NCBI GenBank assembly: GCA_048886685.1
Contig: JBHLKM010000028.1
Location: forward strand, 1-30,585
Source: Candidatus Hodarchaeota archaeon
GTDB lineage: Archaea > Asgardarchaeota > Lokiarchaeia > Sigyniarchaeales > SOKP01
Length of the DNA stretch: 30,585 nucleotides
Direction: 5' to 3'
In this document: one piece after another, positions 26,135 to 30,585 of the stretch
Position numbering within the stretch: the first letter of the stretch is position 1
Layout: each line of letters opens with the position of its first letter
Translations under genes and position numbers: made by a program
The notes under the pieces: model-generated
The model's database searches: none
What the model was told of the DNA's origin: nothing
What the model saw: only the letters and a program-made list of their open reading frames with translations

Positions 26135-28617
26135 TTGGTTTTCCTCCGATTTCTCAACCTTTCAGCTCTCTTTTCATAACCTTCAATAAAGTTTTTAACT
26201 AACCTCTCTACCGAATTCTGTACTTTTTTTATTGGAATCTTATAATCTTCTAAATTGAATTTGTCGACTAGATAAACTGCATAATTTATAAGAGTCAGAT
26301 TATTCTTGTATTGGTTAATTTTAGCATCCCCAACAATTCTATAGTTAAACTCCATCCAATTACTATTACAGAATTTGATTAAATACTCTACTTTGTTTTC
26401 TAGATCCAAAGTAAAAAATTCCTGTTGACTTAACCTATTAACGAAGCTTTGAATGTCTCTTATCTCATAATTAGCTAAATTGAATAGAAATTTAGTACGA
26501 TATCGTGGAAAATAAGTATCATGAATCTGAAAATCAAAGCCCTCTTCAATTACATCATATTCTCCTCTGAAATTATTAAAGTAAGCTCTATAAATTCTAA
26601 ATAAACCAAAGTTTTTATTTCCCCAATTAAACTTATTATGATTTACTCTTTCTAGAATAGAATCCGCTTCTTCCAATAATTTCATCATTGAAGGCGTAAT
26701 TGCATTAATTTTTTCTTCCCTTGTCATTTCATTCTTAAAACTTTTGAGAGATTCTAAATATACTTCTCTACGTATGATATCTAATTTAAGTAATTGTATC
26801 ATTAAAAGATCTAAATCTATTTGGATTACTTCTTGAAATATTGGATATGATGAAAATGATTTATCATGTTTTAAATCTCTAATATAATAAAGATCCAAAT
26901 CTTCAATATTTGTTCCTTCTATATATGTGTATTTTGTGTTTAACTCCAATAAACTCTTTTCCATATTTTTACGTAGAATATCCTCAAACTCTAAAATCCT
27001 ACTGTTCAAACCCTCATAATTTCCTCGTAAAATTTCTATCTTTAAATTTGCAATTGAGTATGTAAGAGATGAACTATTTGTTAAGGTTATATTATCCTTA
27101 GCTTTTTTATAAAGAATTTCGGCATCATTCAAATTACCAATATTTTCATAGATACTAGCTAATCGCTGGCAAACATCACAATATATCCAAGAATATTTTT
27201 TAAATTCAGAACCATAATTCTCAATAATTTGTTCGAAGATATTGATTACATTATCTATTTGTCCATCATTATGTAAGATTTTTGTCTGTTCATATAGTAA
27301 TATTATATCGTAATCTTCTTGAGTAAGGTCTTCTGGAACTAATCCTGAATTAGCATCTTTAGTTGCATCTATAATCGGTTCTTTTTTGATACGAAATTCT
27401 TTACCACCACCAACTTTATTCCGATTCCGTTGCTCGAATTTTGAACTTTTATCTAAAATTACTAACGCTTTATCATTGAAAGTTTTCCAAGACATTTTTA
27501 ATCTAATTTCATATAGTTTAAAAATTTCAGGCAGACTTCTGAATCCCCTATTTCCTTCCTCCAATTTTAGACTTATATCTTTTTCATATTCTAGTTGAAA
27601 CATATCTACTAGCTCTTCTTCAGACAATCTTCGTTTTTTACTCGATTTTTTTACAATCTTTTGTGCAATATTTTTTGGCTGATAGAAAAGATCTTCAGAT
27701 TTTAGAAATAATTGTCTACCTTTTTCTAAATAATCTTTTACTATTCCTTCAAAATTGGTATAATAATCCATCGGCTTCTGGATAGAATCGAGTTTTCTTA
27801 TAATTTCTTGTATTTTTTCGAGATCAATTGATAATAATTCAAACATGTCTTCAAGAGAATTATGTATCATGAAAAGATAATAAACTTTGAATAAAAATGG
27901 TTTCTTCTTAGATGTCATTAAAATCTGAAGGTCCCTTTCCTCATAATCATCAAAAAAGCTAACAAAAGCTTCGTTGTAATTATTGGATTTAAGATAATCG
28001 ATTATCTCATACATAGAAATGAAGGAGGTATAATAACTGTTGATAAATTCCATTGAAAATGTTTTATCACTAGGATTGTTTATAGAAATTGTGAAAAATA
28101 ATAACAGGTCATGGAAATAACGCTTTTCATGCTTTATATGAAGATTTAAACGAAAAGGTGATTTTTCATATATTTTGAAGCTATAAATTTTCTGTCTATT
28201 CCATTCAATAAATTTTTCATCGAGTTCTAAGGCTATTGGACGTGGTTTTAATAGAATTGCTTCTTTTTCAGTTTGTATCGTAAAATCATCGAGTTTTCCC
28301 TCCCGATCTTGTGATTTCAACCATTCTTTGTACTCAGAGTGTTTCAAAACAAATTCTCGATCAGAAAATTTCTTTTTTTCATCTAATAATTGATACCATT
28401 GAGTTTTTCTACTTTTATATTCTTCAATGATCTCATTGATATCGAGAGCACTTTTATCTAGATAACCCCATTTATTTCCTAATGCACCCCAGAGTTCTTT
28501 TAGATCTAAGTCTAAAAAATGAATTTTTGAGCTTTTTCTTTTTGTATCTTCTGTAATTAAGTGGTCCTGATATATCTCCTCTAGAAAGGAAATAAATTGC
28601 CAAGTTAATTTTCTCAT
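26131..28617 (-). CDS. Large helical protein with a central wHTH-like segment and TPR-like repeats
   Basis: 828 aa. 'FRSLPEIFK...KMSWKTF...FEQRNRNKVGGGKEFRI' is wHTH-like and 'RLASIYENIGNLNDAEILYKKA' is a TPR. ATGA overlap with the NYN gene. Confidence 0.6.
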   Translation of the reverse strand: MRKLTWQFISFLEEIYQDHLITEDTKRKSSKIHFLDLDLKELWGALGNKWGYLDKSALDINEIIEEYKSRKTQWYQLLDEKKKFSDREFVLKHSEYKEWLKSQDREGKLDDFTIQTEKEAILLKPRPIALELDEKFIEWNRQKIYSFKIYEKSPFRLNLHIKHEKRYFHDLLLFFTISINNPSDKTFSMEFINSYYTSFISMYEIIDYLKSNNYNEAFVSFFDDYEERDLQILMTSKKKPFLFKVYYLFMIHNSLEDMFELLSIDLEKIQEIIRKLDSIQKPMDYYTNFEGIVKDYLEKGRQLFLKSEDLFYQPKNIAQKIVKKSSKKRRLSEEELVDMFQLEYEKDISLKLEEGNRGFRSLPEIFKLYEIRLKMSWKTFNDKALVILDKSSKFEQRNRNKVGGGKEFRIKKEPIIDATKDANSGLVPEDLTQEDYDIILLYEQTKILHNDGQIDNVINIFEQIIENYGSEFKKYSWIYCDVCQRLASIYENIGNLNDAEILYKKAKDNITLTNSSSLTYSIANLKIEILRGNYEGLNSRILEFEDILRKNMEKSLLELNTKYTYIEGTNIEDLDLYYIRDLKHDKSFSSYPIFQEVIQIDLDLLMIQLLKLDIIRREVYLESLKSFKNEMTREEKINAITPSMMKLLEEADSILERVNHNKFNWGNKNFGLFRIYRAYFNNFRGEYDVIEEGFDFQIHDTYFPRYRTKFLFNLANYEIRDIQSFVNRLSQQEFFTLDLENKVEYLIKFCNSNWMEFNYRIVGDAKINQYKNNLTLINYAVYLVDKFNLEDYKIPIKKVQNSVERLVKNFIEGYEKRAERLRNRRKTK

Positions 28618-29048
28618 ATTAATTTTAGTAAGATCATTTAAGCTTATAAATCCTCTTGATTATAGATTATAATCTTCCAAAATTATATTATAATCTTATA
28701 AACTTTATTATTAAAAATTAACCAGAATGAAGTAAATATTATCAGAATATCAAAAATTCTTTTTTAAAATAAAAAGTGTTTTGTACCCCGGAAAAAATTA
28801 AGTGATTTCATAGGGAATGGAATTAAATTATATTGTTTCCAGGATGGTCTCTATTTTCTGAAACTCAATATTAATCCCGAAAGAATTTTAAATCGATGTT
28901 CTGACTTTATATTTTTGAAAAGCATGATTTTCTAATATAACAAATTTGGTATGTTAGTTGGATGCTTAAATGCTTACAGAAATCATTTATTAGATAAAAT
29001 ATTTAATATTTTAAGTTTAAAGGAAATATTTGAGCAAAGTGATATATA

Positions 29049-29336
29049 ATATCAAAACAAATTTTACATGTTTTATTAAAAGGTGAAGAAGAAAACTATT
29101 GTGCTAAATGTTGCAAAACTGTAAACATTATCGAGCGCATGTTTGCATCGATTCCAGAATTTAAAGAAAAAATTGAAGTGAGTTATGAGGATATTTATTC
29201 GAGTGATGTCAAAAAAAAATTTGGGGATTTAATCCCTCCAGCAATTTTATTTCAGGATCAACTTCTAACGGAAGGACATGTCCCAATTATTAAAAAACTC
29301 GCGCAGGATTTGTTCAAGTTAATTAAATCAGCTTAA
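29049..29336 (+). CDS. Thioredoxin/glutaredoxin-fold protein (CxxC), likely non-ATG start
   Basis: The frame is open from 29043: (I)SKQILHVLLKGEEENYCAKCCKTVNIIERMFASIPE...LIPPAILF...GHVP. The CAKC motif lies upstream of the ATG at 29139 called by the ORF track. Confidence 0.65.
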   Translation: MSKQILHVLLKGEEENYCAKCCKTVNIIERMFASIPEFKEKIEVSYEDIYSSDVKKKFGDLIPPAILFQDQLLTEGHVPIIKKLAQDLFKLIKSA

Positions 29337-29528
29337 TTAGAGTAGTATAATAATAATAGTACATTGCGAAATCTTTACTTATTATCTGTAAACTATGTAA
29401 AGAAAAATATTTCCCAGATCTCAAAAAAACCGAAAATTAGAGAAAATTAAAATTAAGAAAGGTGATAAAAAATTACACAAAATGAAATAAAAAAAGAGGA
29501 TCTAGCAGATTCTGGACATGATAATTTC

Positions 29529-30485
29529 ATGAAAGCGGCGGTATATACAAAATACGGACCTCCGGAGGTTCTTCAGGTCAAGGAGGTAGAAAAACCAACT
29601 CCCGAGGACAATGAAGTGCTGATAAGAGTATACGCGACAACAGTAACTTTATACGACTGTTGGGGACGAGCTTGCACAGGTCCCCCTGGATTTGGATTTT
29701 TAATAAGATTGTCATCTGGAGTCAGAAAACCAAAGAGACCTATACTTGGAACAGAGTTTGCTGGGGAAATTGAATCCGTAGGTAAAGATGTAAATCTATT
29801 CAAAAAAGGTGACGAGGTTTTTGGATTCACCGGGATGAATTTGGGGGCTAATGCTGAGTACCTATGTATGCCTGAAGACGGAGCACTAGCAAAAAAACCA
29901 ACCAATATGACATATGAAGAAGCCGCTGCCATCCCTTATGGGGGATTAACCGCATTGTATTTCCTAAGAAAGGGTAAAATCCAGAGCGGACAAAAAGTCC
30001 TTATCTTTGGCGCGTCTGGAGGAGTAGGTACTTTTGCGGTCCAACTTGCCAAGTACTATGGTACAGAAGTAACTGGCGTATGTAGCACCCCAAAAATAGA
30101 ATTGGTAAGATCTCTGGGAGCCGATAAGGTAATTGATTATACCAAAGAGGATTTTACAAAAAGCGGTGAGATTTATGACATTATTTTCGACACGATAGGC
30201 AAGAGTCCGTTTTCAGCTAGCAAAAGATCGCTAAAGAAAGAAGGATTCTACATTTTTGCTACCTTTGGGTTGGGACGGGCTTTTAAAGTAGCATTCAATA
30301 AGAAAGCAATAAGTGGGCTCGTAGAAGAGAAAGCTGAAGATCTGATTTTCCTCAGGGAGCTTATTGAAGCGGGAAAGTTAAGAGCGGTCATAGATAAACG
30401 ATATCCATTGGAACAGATTGCTGAAGCTCACAGGTATGTCGAATCAGGGCAGAAGAAGGGACAAGTGGTAATAACTTTAGCTTAA
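29529..30485 (+). CDS. MDR-superfamily NAD(P)-dependent oxidoreductase (zinc-independent alcohol dehydrogenase/quinone reductase-like)
   Basis: '[15 protein letters not shown]', '[14 protein letters not shown]', Rossmann '[19 protein letters not shown]' and '[18 protein letters not shown]'. Confidence 0.92.
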   Translation: MKAAVYTKYGPPEVLQVKEVEKPTPEDNEVLIRVYATTVTLYDCWGRACTGPPGFGFLIRLSSGVRKPKRPILGTEFAGEIESVGKDVNLFKKGDEVFGFTGMNLGANAEYLCMPEDGALAKKPTNMTYEEAAAIPYGGLTALYFLRKGKIQSGQKVLIFGASGGVGTFAVQLAKYYGTEVTGVCSTPKIELVRSLGADKVIDYTKEDFTKSGEIYDIIFDTIGKSPFSASKRSLKKEGFYIFATFGLGRAFKVAFNKKAISGLVEEKAEDLIFLRELIEAGKLRAVIDKRYPLEQIAEAHRYVESGQKKGQVVITLA

Positions 30486-30585
30486 CAATATTTTTATTTT
30501 ATTGATTCTTCAATTTTGAGTTATTTTCGTGATCTCAATTTGAATTAAATTATTTTGATAAGTTATACATAATAGTTTATCCTGA

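Noticed and set aside
28640-28712. AGATTATAATCT palindrome and TTATAATCTT repeats upstream of the 828-aa gene as an operator
   Set aside because: Plausible autoregulatory site, but it cannot be told from chance in such AT-rich sequence.
1918-29932. Short overlapping ORFs from the track (1918, 2877, 3195, 4941, 6080, 7672, 8545, 11045, 17435, 21272, 21412, 21810, 27386, 29573)
   Set aside because: They are antisense or alternate-frame shadows of well-supported genes, with no recognisable motifs.

Overview
AT-rich archaeal DNA, most likely from an Asgard (Lokiarchaeia-like) genome; this is inferred from a Loki-type Rab-like GTPase, a stand-alone gelsolin domain and an ESCRT-II-like winged-helix protein. 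The left part holds a secreted protein, a degenerate Rab-like pseudo-GTPase and a coiled-coil PD-(D/E)xK protein. The centre is a ~10 kb co-directional cluster (4612-14795): an EAP30/Vps22-36-like protein, an SPFH/Band-7 protein and three paralogues that share a C-terminal SRPBCC/START-like domain plus Zn-ribbon but carry different N-terminal helical-repeat modules. The right part looks like an accessory or defence-like island: two ATGA-coupled pairs of a wHTH-containing protein and an NYN/PIN RNase, ravA-viaA, an Mrr-like endonuclease, a gelsolin, a membrane TPR protein, a CxxC thioredoxin-like gene lacking an ATG start, and an MDR oxidoreductase. A dispersed ~155-bp intergenic element with conserved ends (CGGTTA-TTTCACGAA ... 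TAACCG-TTTCACGAA) sits downstream of several genes, and a ~48-bp direct repeat ending in the same core brackets a 4.5 kb segment. Several decayed gene remnants are present. I found no rRNA, tRNA, CRISPR array, transposase or integrase. All family calls come from reading motifs by eye, not from database searches.
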